Assembly: GCF_964204645.1 (NCBI RefSeq)
Contig: NC_134030.1
Coordinates: forward strand, 11,677,947-11,741,946
Origin: Tubulanus polymorphus
Taxonomy: Eukaryota > Animalia > Nemertea
Direction of reading: 5' to 3'
DNA: 64,000 bases
Shown: piece after piece, positions 1 through 14,039 of the stretch
How the letters are laid out: every line of letters starts with the position of its first letter
Numbering within the stretch: the stretch's first letter is position 1
Notes under the pieces: model-generated
What the model was told of the DNA's origin: nothing
The model's input: only the letters and a program-made list of their open reading frames with translations
Database searches by the model: none
Position numbers and translations under genes: made by a program

Positions 1-244
1 CAATAGGCGAAGTCATGAATTTAGCACTTCCAAAGGGAAGTGTAAACGGCAGTGGGTTTTGCACAGTACAGGACCTGGAAAACTGATATTGGGAAAATGG
101 ATGAATCACCAGAGGGGCGATATCATGGATAACTTGAAACATATAAATCTGGCTTCTTTCTTTACGCCTGACATCTAGAGTTGGCTAATGGCAAAATATG
201 ACAGCGCTATATGACAAACTATGGGGTAGTTAAATCAAAACATT

Positions 245-805
245 GGTGAATACAAGTTGAGAGAGACTTAAATTGATGAGTGACAAATAAGAGGTTTAAA
301 GTTTTTTACATCTAATTTGTGCTCTTTCATACGTTGGTTAAGGTTCTAACCTGTTTGTCCTATACTTTGTCGCAAACTTTACAAGGCATTATACAAATTC
401 CACAATTGAGACATTCGGATTTTGGTTTGTTTTTAATCAATATGTTGCTAAGTTTATTATTATAATTAAAGATAAGTTGTTTATCTAGTGACCAAGGAGG
501 AACTTTAGAATTCTCGAGAAAAGGTACATACGGTACAATGATAGGCTGTTCATTGGTAGCCGACGCAGGAATTCTTAAGTTATTTTTTCTAAAATTGGTA
601 AAAAATGGCCTTTAAGGAGAGCTTTTTTCAAAATGAAATCAGGTAGGCAAAGAAAAATCCTTGAGCTAAACTGAGTTTGATAATGGGGGAAGAGAAAGAA
701 AAGTAATGAAGGTAGGATTCAACGTTAGTTGGTTTCATATACACCGTGAATTTCCAGAAAGACATACCGTTAAAGATCAAACATCCAGGAAAGTTATTAG
801 GGTTT
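245..805 (-). mobile_element. Penelope-like retroelement fragment (RT C-terminus / GIY-YIG region, internally deleted)
   Basis: Colinear by eye with 52884-53750 (e.g. ggtgaatacaagtt, aggtttaaagttttttacatctaattt, tatactttgtcgcaaactttacaagg); ORF 628..870 has YMKPTNVESYLHYFS...LAQG. Confidence 0.85.
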
Positions 806-996
806 TCTGTTATTTCACAGAAAACCCTATTGATATCCGCGTGATTATTATTATTATTATTTTCTTCCACACCATTTTTACCAAAAGAACATAGGCTTTG
901 TTACCTTACTGCTGTTTCATATACAATCCATATGATATCGTTCAGCTCACTGAGATCTACAAATAGCCCGCGTGTTTTTTCACGAATCATCGTTAC

Positions 997-1450
997 AAAA
1001 GCGCTGTCGGGCCGTAAACATCGAAAATTTAGCCCCATTCAATGGGGCGACATGTTTTTCGAGTCGTCATCCCGAAATCAACCCGCAGGCCGACTGTCAC
1101 TTCGATTATCAATTCAAGTATAAATGAACTAATTTATTGCCGCAGACTTCACATTCAGTCGCGGTCTTCAAACAGTGAATTTAGCAATAGCCCATTTTCC
1201 TCATCAAATCATATTACCGATACACTGGAAATTTACTACTTTAGATTTTAAAAGCACTGTCGAGCCGTAAACATCGACGAATCGACGTGTGTTACTACAT
1301 CGACGTTCCGTGGATGAGCTGCGAGTTTCTCCTCATCATGAGAATCAAATCGAGTACAAATTAATTTATTACTACCAGTGATTTGGCTGCGGGTTTCAAG
1401 GAGTTAGTTTAACAATACCTATTTTTCTTTACCGAATTAACCGTGTATTT
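997..1450. repeat. Diverged tandem duplication, ~250-bp unit
   Basis: aaaagcgctgtcgggccgtaaacatcga (997) recurs as aaaagcactgtcgagccgtaaacatcga (1250), with further patchy matches downstream. Confidence 0.5.
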
Positions 1451-1896
1451 ACTAAGATAAATCTTTAGTGTACTGGGGAACCGTAGGCCTAAACTAAACA
1501 GGCCGAAGAGATATGGCGGAGAAAAGTTGTTATGTCGACGAGGTATCAAAATAAAAGAATATATTACTTTATTCGGCCGCGGGCTTCAACCATTTATCAA
1601 TACTCTATATTTCCTACAGTACATACCGATCATTGTCAAATGCACAAGGTATTTACTAAATACAAGTATATAACACTCTCCTATCTGTATGCTAGACTCA
1701 CACTTGACATTCGGAGTAAGCGTTCGCTGTGGGGGAAAGGAGATCGTTCGCTGTGTCGCTGTTTATCGAGTGTGTTTATCGAGTTTTACGCGACCTTAAG
1801 GCTTTAGTATGGTGGCTGATAAGATAAAAAAACACGAATATGCAAATGAGGGCGACATTACGACAAGACAAAACTAAAATAACGCGAGAAAACAAT

Positions 1897-2297
1897 GATT
1901 TTGATTTTGTCGCCCGCGACAATTCATTATTTTGGTTTTGTCGCCCGCGACAATTCAATATTTTGGTTTTATCGCCCACGACAATTCATTACTTTGGTTT
2001 TATCTCCAGCGACAATTCATTATTTTGGTTTTGTCGCCCGCGACAATTCTTCTTTTGGTTTTGACGCCCGCGACAATTCATTATTTTGGTTTTATATTTT
2101 GTTTTTGTTGCCCGCGACAATTTTTTTTCCGGTTTTGTCGCCCGCGACAATTCATTATTTTGGTTTTATCGCCCGCGACAATTCAATATTTAGGTTTTAT
2201 CGCCCGCGATGATTCATTATTTTGGTTTTGTTGCACGAGAATTCATCATCTTGGTTTTATCGCCCGCGACAATTCATTATTTTGGTTTTGTCGCCCG
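1897..2297. repeat. 31-bp minisatellite, left part
   Basis: Head-to-tail units ttttggttttrtcgcccgcgacaattcatta. Confidence 0.95.
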
Positions 2298-3447
2298 AAG
2301 AAAATTTTGAAGAAGCTTTGATCAATTACCTTGATCTTTCGTTTATATTTGAATCTACCAAAGGCCCATCAGCATAAGAAAATTGGGTCGATCTGACTCA
2401 AGATGGCCGTCCTATGACCTTTTTAGTGCCCAAAAATGTCAATTTTAGCCAGAATTCTAGGTCCTGTAGCTTCCTTCTGGTTTGCCATTTCTCATTGCAA
2501 TTGCTGATGGATATTCTTTAGAGAGGGATGTTTTATACCTGGGACAGGTATTTTTGATCAGCCAATTATGACGCAATTGGCGGCCATCATGGTGTCATCA
2601 GTACTCATTCGTAGGTGGGAATAAGTTTTTCCACAATTAATTGATACCTAAGCATATTGTGTTACTATATTCAATTGGAAAGCCCATAACGTGTTCCATG
2701 ATTTTTGTGAGTTTCAAGGTCATTGGTTTTTGTATGTGGCCATCAGGGGGCGTTGAATAATACAATAACTTAGTATCGCTATATTATATTTGTACCAAGG
2801 CATATTTTGTTACCATGATCAATGGCAAAGTTGTAGTTCATGACATCGTCTATGATTGTGGTGAGTTTTTAAGGACATTAGTTATTCCATACAGTCACCA
2901 GGGGACGTTGAATAGTAGAAAAGCTTAGTTTTTCCTTATTAGATTGGTACCTAGGCATAGTTTGTTACCATGATCCATTGCAAAGTTGTAGTTCATGACA
3001 TCGTCTATGATTGTGGTGAGTTTTTAAGGACATTAGTTATTCCATATAGTCACCAGGGGGCGCTGAATAGTAGAATGGCTTAGTATTTCCTTATTAGATT
3101 GGTACCTAGGCATATTTTGTTACTATGATCAATTGCAAAGTTGTATTTCATGACATGTACTACGATTGTGGTGAGTTTTAAGGTCATTGGGTTTTGCATA
3201 TGGTCACCAGGGGGCGTTGAATAGTAGAATAACTTAGTATTTCCATATTAAATTGGTAACGAGGCATATTTTGTTATCACAATCAATTACAAAATCATAG
3301 CTGCTCACATGTTCTTTGATTGTGGTGGGTTTCAAGGTCATTGGTTTTTGTATATGGTCACTAGAGGGCGTTATGTATTGAAATTGTTAGATTGTTGAGC
3401 ATTTGAAACCACTGCCCAAGTGAGCATGGTGTCCCTGGACCCCTAGT
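2298..3447 (+). mobile_element. 5'-truncated non-autonomous Helentron/HINE-like element with internal ~155-bp tandem repeats
   Basis: About five ~155-bp units (starts near 2641, 2790, 2944, 3099, 3253); 3' end agtgagc...gtccctggac (hairpin)...ctagttt abutting a T-run; interrupts the 31-bp array. Confidence 0.65.
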
Positions 3448-3775
3448 TTGGTTTTGTTGCCCGCGACAATTCATTATTTTGGTTTTATCGCCCGCAACAA
3501 TTCAATATTTTGGTTTTAACGCCCGCGACAATTCATTATTGTGGTTTTATCGCCCCCAACAATTCATTATTTTGGTTTTATCGCCCGCAACAATTCAGTA
3601 TTTTGGTTTTAACGCCCGCGACAATTCATTATTGTGGTTTTATCGCCTGCGACAATTCATTATTTTGGTTTTATCGCCCGCGACAATTCATTATTTTTGT
3701 TTTGTCGCCCGTGACAATTCAATATTTTGGTTTTGTCACCCGCGACAATTCATAATTTTGGTTTTGTCGCCCGTG
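3448..3775. repeat. 31-bp minisatellite, right part
   Basis: Same unit as 1897-2297 resumes right after the insertion. Confidence 0.95.
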
Positions 3776-4157
3776 GTTTTGTCGGATCATTAAGTTTTTG
3801 GTTGAACAGTGTGTTAAGGTTGTTTTGGAAATTTACTCGGTCTGGTATATTTTGGATTACTGTGTATGTCATTTGTCAGGACATTTAACAGAAGACGACA
3901 TAGGATACTACCTTGCGTGACTCCACTAGTTAGACCGTCTCATTCCAAGATGAGGCGTTCCGTTGATTTCGGTTACAAGTTTCCGTTCAGAGATAACTGC
4001 TGTGCCATTTGGGCGACCTATCATTGATACTGTTTCCTAATAGCCTGTTCAGTAATGGCTGATGTTGAGCCTTATCAAATGCATTGTTGAAATCCACCGT
4101 TGAACAGGATTCTAAGACTGTGCAGAAAACCCGTTATCGCTGCTTTGCAGCTATATT

Positions 4158-4882
4158 TTTACTATTGGATTCCCATTCCTACGTAAAGGCCAGAGATGGG
4201 TAAAGGTAGTTTAATAACACAAAAAAGTTATCAACAAAGTTAAAGGTAACTAAAGCCAGAACAATGTCAACATATCTGAGCCAAATTTTAGGGCGAATAT
4301 TAGTATAAAGAGGCAACATTTCAGATTTAACATGTTCTAGGAATAAATTAGCTAGAATAGGACTAAGAGGGTTTCCCATAGCGATACCAAATGTCTGTTC
4401 GTAGAAACAATTGTTAACTTTAAAAAAAGGATTCCGTCATACAAAAAGAGGTAAGATCGTTAATATAAAGAGATGATAATCTGCGTTTAAAAAAATCAGG
4501 AGTAGGCCCAAGAGGAACATTGGTGAAAAGGGAAGTAACATCAAACGATATAAATTTGTCGTTACCAGGGATGATATTCTTAATACGTTCAAGTAAATGT
4601 TGATTATGGCGAAGATGCGAAGAAGAAAATGAACCGAGCACAGGAGATAATTGCTTCGCGAGAAATTTAGATAACCTGTATGTAGGATTATTACCGCAGT
4701 GGAACATTATCTTTATGAATTATGGGCGGGCCTTTCATATAGGGTAAAGAAGGAAGACGTGAATGGAACTTATTCACAGTTTCTTTAGCGGAGGGGAAAC
4801 GTTTTATTATATTAGAAAGACTTCTATCAAAATTGGCTTGCATACGAGGAAGAGGATTTGATTTAAATATCTTAGGTCTCAA
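4158..4882 (-). pseudogene. Penelope-like reverse transcriptase fragment (frameshifted)
   Basis: ORFs 4179..4379, 4420..4707 and 4691..4882 match the 52950..54488 protein (FISFDVTSLFTNVP, MGNPLSPILANLF, WLRYVD). Confidence 0.92.
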
Positions 4883-5224
4883 GTGTTTGCCACCCAGCTA
4901 ACTAGCATCCATACTCCTCCGCCTTTAAGTATTTTTCACCTAAACTGAAATATAAATGAGTAAGTATAAATTTGGTTTAAGAGCGTTTTAACCTATTCAA
5001 TATGCCCACACTGTTGGGCATCCTTAACAAGAACATAAGTGAAATAGCATCTAAGTAAATGAGCTATCATTTTATAGTATAAGAAGTTGTAGAGGATAGA
5101 AAGACCTTTCAGAATCACCAAATATTTTTTACCTAATTCGAGAAATTTAACATACTTTCTCATGGAAATGACCTACATTCGACAAGAATATGAACAATTC
5201 TGCAAATGATGAGATATTAAAAGA

Positions 5225-6074
5225 TTTTAGCTCTGCTGTGACCCTCATTTTCTGTCCGTCCGTCAACTTTAGCTTCAATTTGCTACAAGTGCTACAGTTC
5301 TTTACTAATCTTAACCAAACTTGGTATGAAGCTAATATGGGCCAAGGTATATGGTTTATATATACTACAGGCCAAGGGAAAAAATGTTATAGAGCCGTTT
5401 TCCCAATTTGATCTCTAGGGGGCGCTCTGTGGGTGGTGCTTGTAAAATCTTTAAATCGCTACTTGTCCTAGAATAATAATCCGATCTTGATGAAACTTGG
5501 TTTATAGATACTACAGGCCAAGGGACAACATGTTTTATATCCGGTTTCCCAAGTTGACCTTTAGGGGGCACTGTACAGGTCACACTTGTAAAATCGAAAA
5601 ATCGCCATTCGTCCTACAATTACAGTTCGATGTTGACCAAACTTGGTATGTAGATACTATGGTCCAAGGGCTATAAACTTTTAGAGCGGTTTTCCAAATT
5701 TAATCTCTAGGGGGCGCTGTACGGGTGGCGCTTGTAAAATCTTTAAATCGCTACTTGTCCTACAATTACTATCCAATCTCAATATGAATTTATTCTGGCC
5801 ATGGGCTAAATGTTGCTGAGCCATTTTCCCAATCTGATATCTAGGGGGCGCTGTACAGGTCACACTTGTAAAATTGTTCGATTGCTACAGTCCTACAATC
5901 ATTAGCTGATATTGACAAAGCTTGGTATGTAGATACTATGGGCCAAGGGTTATAAGTTATAGAGCCATTTTCTGGATTTGAACTCTTGAGAGTGCTGTGT
6001 AGGTGGTTGTATAGAATATATAATATATAATTATAAAACAGCGGAGGTGTATCAGCCGATAGGCTGCTTGTTTT
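5225..6074 (+). mobile_element. Non-autonomous Helentron/HINE (DINE-1-like) element with ~146-bp internal tandem repeats
   Basis: 5' ttttagctctgctgt followed by a gtcc microsatellite seed; 3' inverted subTIR acagcggag, hairpin cagccgataggctg and cttgtttt; units ctagggggcgctgt at ~5414, 5561, 5707, 5841. Confidence 0.75.
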
Positions 6075-6900
6075 AACCATATTTCTGGAAAATCAAATGA
6101 AAAACAATTAACAAGAGATTGGAAAATGCATTTACCATGATAAGTTCATTCGAAGTCCAAATGGCACAATTTGTAATTCATTATGGTATGAAATGTTCGA
6201 AGCACGGAACTGGACACAGCGAACATTACATTGTTTACAATTATAACGAGTTTGTCTCCTTCCACCAGGTCTTGTTATATTGGAACAAACGGCACAGTTT
6301 GGTCGCCCAGTTTCTACATTCCATGAAAATATTTTCATGTCTGATTGTAGAACAGGTTTCCATTGATGATAACGAGATCTCGGCTTTAGGTCAGGATTGC
6401 TTTCAAAGAATTGTTCAGCATAACTGTTTGTTTGCGTAACGAGGAAATCATAGAATTAATCACCCATAAACATTCCACAATAATCAATAGGCTTTATCTG
6501 ACCAATCGGCCCTAAATCTGTTTGTTCAGTGAAATCTTTTAGCCACGTGCGATAACTTTCATCGCCCTCGAGAATCTTCCACGATAGTTTGGTAGTAATC
6601 AGGAGGTCGTTTAGCCCATTCTGACGCGGGCTCTGATCCAGACGAAGAATCAGCTTCGAGCATCGAGTTTACCTCATCGAGGTTAAATTTGGGCCGAGCC
6701 ATCAGTTCAGTTGACTTCAGTAACTTCAGGGGGCCAAAACTGATAAACTTTGAGAAATGACGATAATTTTTCTCCACATAAAGCTTAAGCCGTATGGGTC
6801 TGCAATCTGGCAGACACTGTGTAGAGATTTTCGCTGCGTAGATTTCAGACAGTTCGAACCCAACTCCAACATATGGCGATTAACCCAGTTAAAGGGTTAA
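6075..6900 (-). mobile_element. Internally deleted piggyBac element
   Basis: Minus strand begins TTAA-CCC (6900); acidic N-terminus MARPKFNLDEVNSMLEADSSSGSE; C-terminal Cys-rich domain CAVC...RRQTRYNCKQCNVRC; DDD core absent. Confidence 0.7.
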
Positions 6901-7511
6901 AGATAATTTGTTGGCATGGAACCATTCAGCCAGGTTAGTCACTGACGAAACTATTTGTGTCATCAGCGAAAAGTATTAAATGAATGGTGTCGCTGACATT
7001 TATGCAATCGTTGATCTAGATGATAAAAAAGTGAGGGCCAAGAATTGATTGAATTTGATTTTGTAGACAAAATATGAGAAAATACGTCCAAATATAGTAC
7101 AAATGCAATAATGACATGTATTAGAAATATGGAAATTGGTATCAAAATCACCCTGAAGCCAGCATAGGTGTTTCATAGCGTATATGTGTCCCTTGGATCA
7201 AAGCCCAAAATCATATTGACTTAAACAGCACAATGGTATTTATAGGCAAATAACAAGGCTGGTATAATGTACCATGGCCACTATTCAGCAAAACGTAAAT
7301 AAGATGCAAATATGATTCAATATCATATAGGTTTTGTGGATTTATATTATTTGAAGACTCGCGAGAAGAGGCAAGACATATAGTTAATGGAGCGTCCTGA
7401 AGTAGATCTGCCAAATTATGCCAATCTACAGCAGAATTAAAAACAATAGAATTTGGACTGTTAATTGACCTGTTGATGCATTTTAAAGCCACGCTGACAT
7501 TTGCACGAATT

Positions 7512-7640
7512 TGGCCTAGCTCGGTCAGTTTTGTTGGTACATACCTGAAGTTTCATAAGGACCAGGAAGGACCGGCAGTCGACCTAAAACATCGATTATC
7601 AACTCATTTTTCACTATTTCGGATTATTAAAAAATCCTTG
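7512..7640 (+). mobile_element. Fragment of the MITE family that hosts the P-like element
   Basis: tggcctagctc...tacatacctga...aggaccag...cagtcgacctaaa matches 35313-35400. Confidence 0.7.
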
Positions 7641-7999
7641 TTGACAGGCGATAACTTCAAAGAGTTTCACTGCCATCGGCAGTATTTTGATGAAAAATGA
7701 CATAATTTCCACACCAGGAAACACGTCAGTAGGAAATAGGACAAACTCCAGAAAACACTGAAGTTAATCCATCAATGTCATAGTCTCAAAAGCTTCACTA
7801 AATATTCAGTACATGCTATTACCTGTCAATCATCAAAAGTCCTTTGATGAATCGCCCTCAAGTACATGGCCTGTGGGTTATCTGTACTGGAATGGATCTA
7901 ATGAACCATCGGATACTATGAACTTTTTGTTCCCCAAATGGATCGTTAGAATGTGGTTCTACTGTAGTAGTCGTCCACGGTTTGAGAGATATCTACGTA

Positions 8000-8122
8000 A
8001 ACCGGCTATTATACGGATTGTGCACTTAAATCATAGTTTATACGGGTAATATTATCCGTATATCACTTAATCCGTACTAAATAGCTCAGCCCCTAGTGAT
8101 ACGGATTAATCGAGGTTGACTA
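8000..8122. mobile_element. pogo/Tigger-type terminal repeat region
   Basis: Repeated atacgga/tccgta motifs ending gatacggattaatcgaggttgacta. Confidence 0.45.
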
Positions 8123-8429
8123 TCATCATCACAATTTAATTTATTTTTTGAATCTCTTGATTTTCAAGATCACGATTTACATGATGGTAGTTTTCTTCAT
8201 CTCTTGAATCCACAACACAATTTTCACTCCTAACACTTTGTAAATTTTACACATCAGTTACCAACCGCCAGATGTCTTCTTATCATGTATAATTTCCTAA
8301 TTGATTATTGTTGTAAGAAATGCATTGATTGGTGTAAAATTTTGTATATTTTAACCATATGAAATTTTGGATTGAATGATTGGAAATGCAAGAAATATGA
8401 AACAACGTGTCACACACACCACATGAAAC

Positions 8430-8595
8430 CCATTCAACTTCATTACCACTCTCACACAAATTTCATTATCACTCTCTCCCTCTCTACCAAATTTATTCTA
8501 ACGCTCATCCTTGCTCGCATTCTCATCCTCACTCACAATCACGCTCTCGACCTCACTCATATTCTCACTCTCATCTTCACCTGTGACCTCACTTT
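8430..8595. repeat. Degenerate (CTCACT)n-like simple repeat
   Basis: Low-complexity ctcact/ctcatc run. Confidence 0.6.
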
Positions 8596-8699
8596 GATTT
8601 ACCATTACCGGTGCAATGTTTTCAATATTTTCAATTAATTCATCCCTTAATTCATTTGATTTTCATAGTTAGTCCGTGTCTCTTTCGTAATTAAGACCC

Positions 8700-9420
8700 C
8701 CTTCCCCGATAAGTCTACGGTCCCGTTAACATCTTTCGATTTTAATGAAGTGTTGTTTTTATGACATATCCATTCATTTGATTCCAAACCATCTCTACGG
8801 GGTTAAGTTCACAGTGTTTTACAGTCAGTATGAGGAGTTTGTATCCCTCGGAGTTTATTATGCGCTCACTCATGTACTTTCGGATCACATGAAGATTTTT
8901 GCATATGTCCATCAATGATTGTTTACCGGCTGATTTGTGGTAATTTACACCGCGTTGATCTAACCATTCCTGAAATTGAGAGTCAAACTTAAGAATTGGT
9001 TAAAACATCAAATTTTCCGTGGTGATATTCTGTGTAATGAGCCTCTACCTTAGTGCGCAACAGTGGTTTGATAATAGCCCTTATGCGTTTTCATATATAC
9101 ATTGTCGTTTTTTTTTTCATACCGCGGCAGAATTTTATGATGCCATCAGGATCCAAACAGGCGAGATGTGGTTTTGAATACTCGAAACGTACCAGTTATT
9201 TACTGGTGGTAGTCGCCAGCACCATTTTCACTTCAAAATGTAGAATGGCCCCTGGTATAAACCCATTTTTGCTAGAACTTGCAATCGAGAATTATCAAAC
9301 GAGAACCTTTGCCGTTTTGCTCTGATCGTCCACATTGTTTGCATTCAGGTTCTAATGGATTCTATTTCATTTACCAATTTTCTGTCCAATCACACATAAT
9401 GTACATGATGTTACGGATGC
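8700..9420 (-). pseudogene. Tc1/IS630-like DDE transposase remnant
   Basis: Minus-strand peptides GKGSRLII, KNGFIPGA and KHCELNPVEMVWNQM; heavily disrupted. Confidence 0.6.
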
Positions 9421-9589
9421 CACGGCGAAACAATCAGCAAAATAACGCGACGTTGAATTACGGTTAATTTTACGTTTTTTACTTTATTTTTCAACCGTAT
9501 CGAAAATGGCGGCGATACAACGACAATGACGCCCTCTATCCCGCGTATTAATTACAGAAATATGACAAACTAGATCAAGAGTCTGTAAC

Positions 9590-12500
9590 ATCCCAGGGGA
9601 CATCTCTCACCAGGGATGGTGATAATTAATTACAACACAATTTGTCGATATCAATTAAATTCGAGAATTTTCAACTCAACAGTCTATGAAGTATGTAACG
9701 TTTTAATACACATTTAAGTCTCTGAACTTATAATTAACTATTAATCAAATCGTCCGTTTTTCTTCATAAGTAAGATCAGCTTAGTAACGGAACGCTTTAA
9801 CACTTGTTTATCAGATAATTTCACACTAACGATTCTGTCGAGATTGTCCTGTCCTGGGAACACTTCCATCACCTCAGCCAACTTCCATTGGCTGCGCTTA
9901 GCGTTTTCATTTATGACAAGAACAATGTCTTCCACGGTTAGGTTTTCAGCAGCTGTCGACCATTTAAGGCGCGGCAACAGTTTATGTATATTGGTCATCC
10001 AACGTTTCCAAAACCCATCAACGAGAGAGTTACACAACTCACGACGCTTGCGAGTATTCCCAATATAGTCTTTACAGGGTATCTGGGGGCACGGTAAATC
10101 TCCTCGTCCTATGAGGAATTGATTCGGCGTAAGCAGCGGATCTTCGAGCGAGGTAGACGACACCACAGTAAGCGGACGGCTATTGAGTTATTCAGAAATT
10201 TGAGTGAAAATCGTTTCCCACTCAATAAACTACATTTTATCGGCACGAATCATATGACGCATGGACTTTTTAACCTCCTGGACCATTCTTTCAACGATTC
10301 CTTGATGGTGGGGTCCACCCGAAGGTCCAAACTTCCATTCTGTATTAAACTTTACGCAGTCTGCCCTGATCGAGGCGAAGTTGCAAGTCTCTGATCTCGT
10401 TATCAGCACCATGGAAACAAGTCGCGTTATCACTGATCATGAGACTCGGAGCGGCACGAATACTAACAAATCGTTCGAGGGCCTCTATGAAGGCTGAAGT
10501 GGTCAAATCTTGAATGCACGTAAGATGCACTGCGCGAGTAAGAGCACATGTTAAGACCGCGCAATATCCCTTCGACACAGTATTTCGGTTGACCTTTACG
10601 TTAACAGGTCCTAGATGTCAACTGCTGTAGTATAGAACGGCGGAGTGCACGGTGTCACTCTGAAATCTGGCAGGTCAGCCATCTGTTGATGTATCGGCTT
10701 TCCCTTGTATCGTCTGCATAGAGTACATTCTCGGACTACGCGGTGGTACAGACCGGTGTCACCCACTATCCAATACTTCTTCCTTACTTCAAAGGCGGTA
10801 CGAAGGTATCCACAATGCAATGCATAACGATGACGTTCACGGACAATAAGTAAGCCAATGTAACTACGTTTCAGAATCAAGTACGGATGTCTGAGCTCAT
10901 AAGACAACGGCGCATTCCGCAAGCGACCACCAACTCTATATACTCCGTTATGGTCTAAAAAATGGGTTAAGCTTCATTAGTTGATGGTTGTTGAAGTCAA
11001 GATCTTTCTGAGCTTGACGAATTTAATAGATTTCAGCCTCGCTGACCCATTTCAGAGGTGGAAGTTTAACCAGAGACGTTTAGGTAAATCTTTCAATGCG
11101 AGGATGCGTGCTGTAACCATTATAAGTCTCGTCCAACTTGAAAACCCAGTTGGGTCAACAATTGGTTCGTCAGTCGACAAAGTTGCCGCGAGGACCTTGG
11201 CATTTCTAACATGAAATTTCTTCCGTTCTAAATCCTCTTTGTCAACTAATATGTTGCCAGGGGTAACAGGCCAAGTACAAGGGGGTCTTTCAGAAATAAT
11301 GGTCCGTCGATGACCTTTAACATGTCGTCAGCCTTCACTCCTCGTGAAACTAGGTCAATTGTATTCAACTCACTGGGTACGTAATGTTCTTCCTTGATAG
11401 GGTCGTAGTCCGTAGTGATTTCACCCACACGGTAGGCTACGTATGAACGAAAGGACTTCGACTGACCACATAGCCAGCGGATAACTATCATACTATCTGT
11501 CCATATCTTAACATAGTCTATCTCGAGACGTAACGCATTCCTCACTGTGTTCATTAATCGAGTCAATATTAATACTGCTTGCAGTTCTTTCCGTGTCATA
11601 CTACTCTGTTTCAATGGGGTCAGTCTTGCTCTCGCACATACAAATGAAAGTTCTACCCAGTCGTTCACTCTGTCGGACCATCTGAGCCAGATGCCTATGC
11701 CCATGGCATCTTCAGAAGCATCACTTAGACCATGCATTGATATCTGTGGTAACGTCGGTTGACCCTTGAACTTATCTGGAACTAAACATCGTCTTATCTC
11801 GATTTTGCTCTAGTCATCTAGATAACGATTTATTATTCTCCACAGAGCATTGAGATCACTCTCTTGATTAATAGGAGTATTCCAATCCATATCATATTGC
11901 CATAACTTTTGAAGAAGTATCTTAGGTCTAATCATTACTCCAGATAACATTGCAAAAACATCATAGTAAGAAGCAGTCTTTCGTAGGATGTTTCGCTTAG
12001 TCGGGGTGAAGTCTCCAAACTTGTCAGTGCATTTCACCTTCAACGTGTCTGAGTTTATATTCCACTGAGTACCAAGCACGGACGTGTTACCCACACTAGG
12101 GCATAATTCTGAGTCGCAAACCTCAATTTTGTTGGAGAGCAACTTCCGTATCTTAAAGTTACCTTTCTCTAAGGCTGTCGTCAGGTTTGACTTCAAACAC
12201 GTCATCAAGGGATCTTTGTGAGTCACTTAAATCGTCAACATAAAACTGATTGGAAATGACATGTTGAATCTCTGGATCAGTAGGAGCGTTTTCTGAAGCA
12301 ACATGGCGTAGGGCTATGGTCGCCGCTGTCGGGAAGACTTATCTCCAAAGGTTACAGTGGTCAGTTCATACACTTGAATAAGATCTTCAGGTCTCTCCCT
12401 GAATAGGTAACGATGAAATCTGGTATCACTGTGTGTCATCTTAATGGCTTGAAACATTTTGCTTATGTCGGCTATGACTCCAACTGCAATTCCGATTTCC

Positions 12501-13945
12501 TCCAAGGTAGACTGATTTGGTAGGTACCGTCTTTTAACTTAGTTATACTTTGACGCATGCAATCACTGGCCATCTAATCAGATTCGTTAGCTTTGCATTT
12601 ACATAATTTTGGCTCAATACCCATACGTTCGATACCCAGGAAGTCTTCTAAGTCACTGATAACAGACACTTGAATCACGTTAACGGTAGCAGTTGTGTGA
12701 AGTTCATCTCTGCAGCGACCGCCCTGTACATACCAGCCAAGAATAGACCGTGACTGGATCATCTTTTCGAGGACCAACAATGTGCTCGTAAGGAAGTAGT
12801 AAGTCACTTTTTTCACTCCTAGGAGAACGTCGATGGTTTCAATGGAAGGTTCGATCACTTCAATATCAGAAAGATGAGGTTACTGTTGAATTTGATTGTT
12901 AGTAATGACTGGAAGGTCTCCACATGGCTTCTTCATTTCGGTGAATCGGACATTACGAGAGAACGTACCTTCTAAGCTTTGGAGCACACACTCTGCTACA
13001 CGAAGCCGACGGGTAGTAACATTCCCTCCAACAGTGGTGAGAGCGATGTTTTACATTTGATCATCGTTCGATTTTGGCAGGATTCCTTCTCGTATGAGTG
13101 ACACTTGGCTTCCCGTGTCTAGGAGAACTCGAACGAGAGTTTTCTTTTTTCCGCAGCAACCATACGCCATGACGGTAGGTAATGCAGCGGTTATGTGAGT
13201 TCCGTCTGATGTGGCCGGAGATACACCACAGATCTGATAAGAATTCTTCTCTTTATGTTTAAATTCACCAGCTGAAACGTCAAGTTTTTTGTTGATCCCA
13301 GTATATTGTTGTGACCCCTTTTCGAAATGTCGATAACCATCAGTTCCGTAAACCCGAGGGCAAATTGAAGCAAAGTGGGTGTCAACTCCACACGTAGGTA
13401 TTTGAGAGGGTAATATAAACTGGCAGTCTTCATAACTGTTCGGAAGTTTCCCTGCTACACAGTTGTTGTGTCCACAACGTTGACAAATAGTATTTGCCTT
13501 CAAGATGTCGAGTTTCTCCCCTTGCGTGAGAGTTCGGAATTTATGACAGCCTTTAATGAAGTGGTTGGAACTTCGCGGGTGTAAGGGACACTAATGGAAA
13601 CTGGTCTCTACTTTTATGATTGTGACTTTCTCTTTTATGATTGTCTGGATTTCTGCAGCTGCCACCAGGGGACATCGTCGAGTAATTCGATGATTTATGA
13701 AATTTTGGGACCCTCGAGTGACTTTCTGTAGATTTGACAGGCTGGACTTGGGCCAGAATCACTTTGCTATTGAATCCTCCCTCAACATCAAGAGACCCGG
13801 GTCGAGAAGTTCTGAAGACGTTCGACAAATTTCTCCATGTTCCGCAAATTCACTCTCCCTCTAATTTCATAGGACTCCAAATTCTCAATGTCAGATATCA
13901 ACGTCTCAATGTAACACGTCTCGTCGTCAAATGCCTCATCTAAGA
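9590..13945 (-). mobile_element. BEL/Pao LTR retrotransposon, degenerate gag-pol
   Basis: Order Cys knuckle, protease (LLDTGSQVSLI), RT (ADISKMF...TVTFG, FYVDD), RNase H (HGLSDASEDAMG...ARARLTPLK), integrase (HCG...CTLC, QMADLP, TCALTRAVHL, SDNAT) and DUF5641-like tail (PLLTPNQFLIGR...FWKRW); possible 3' LTR start TGTTAC at 9590. Confidence 0.92.
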
Positions 13946-14039
13946 TCTCCCATGCTTTGGTTGAGTTTACACAGATTTTAACTTTGTTTTTTTTTCTATA
14001 GACCTCTCCATGGACTCTTTAAGTTGATAGAAAATCTCA

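Noticed and set aside
1897-3775. CRISPR-like 31-bp repeats and the ORFs over them
   Set aside because: Units are contiguous with no unique spacers, there are no cas genes and the context is eukaryotic; the ORFs are repeat artefacts.
6963-7990. Possible minus-strand coding remnant (ORF 7211..7492 and neighbours)
   Set aside because: No motif I can recognise, and it is interrupted by a MITE; cannot be supported without a search.
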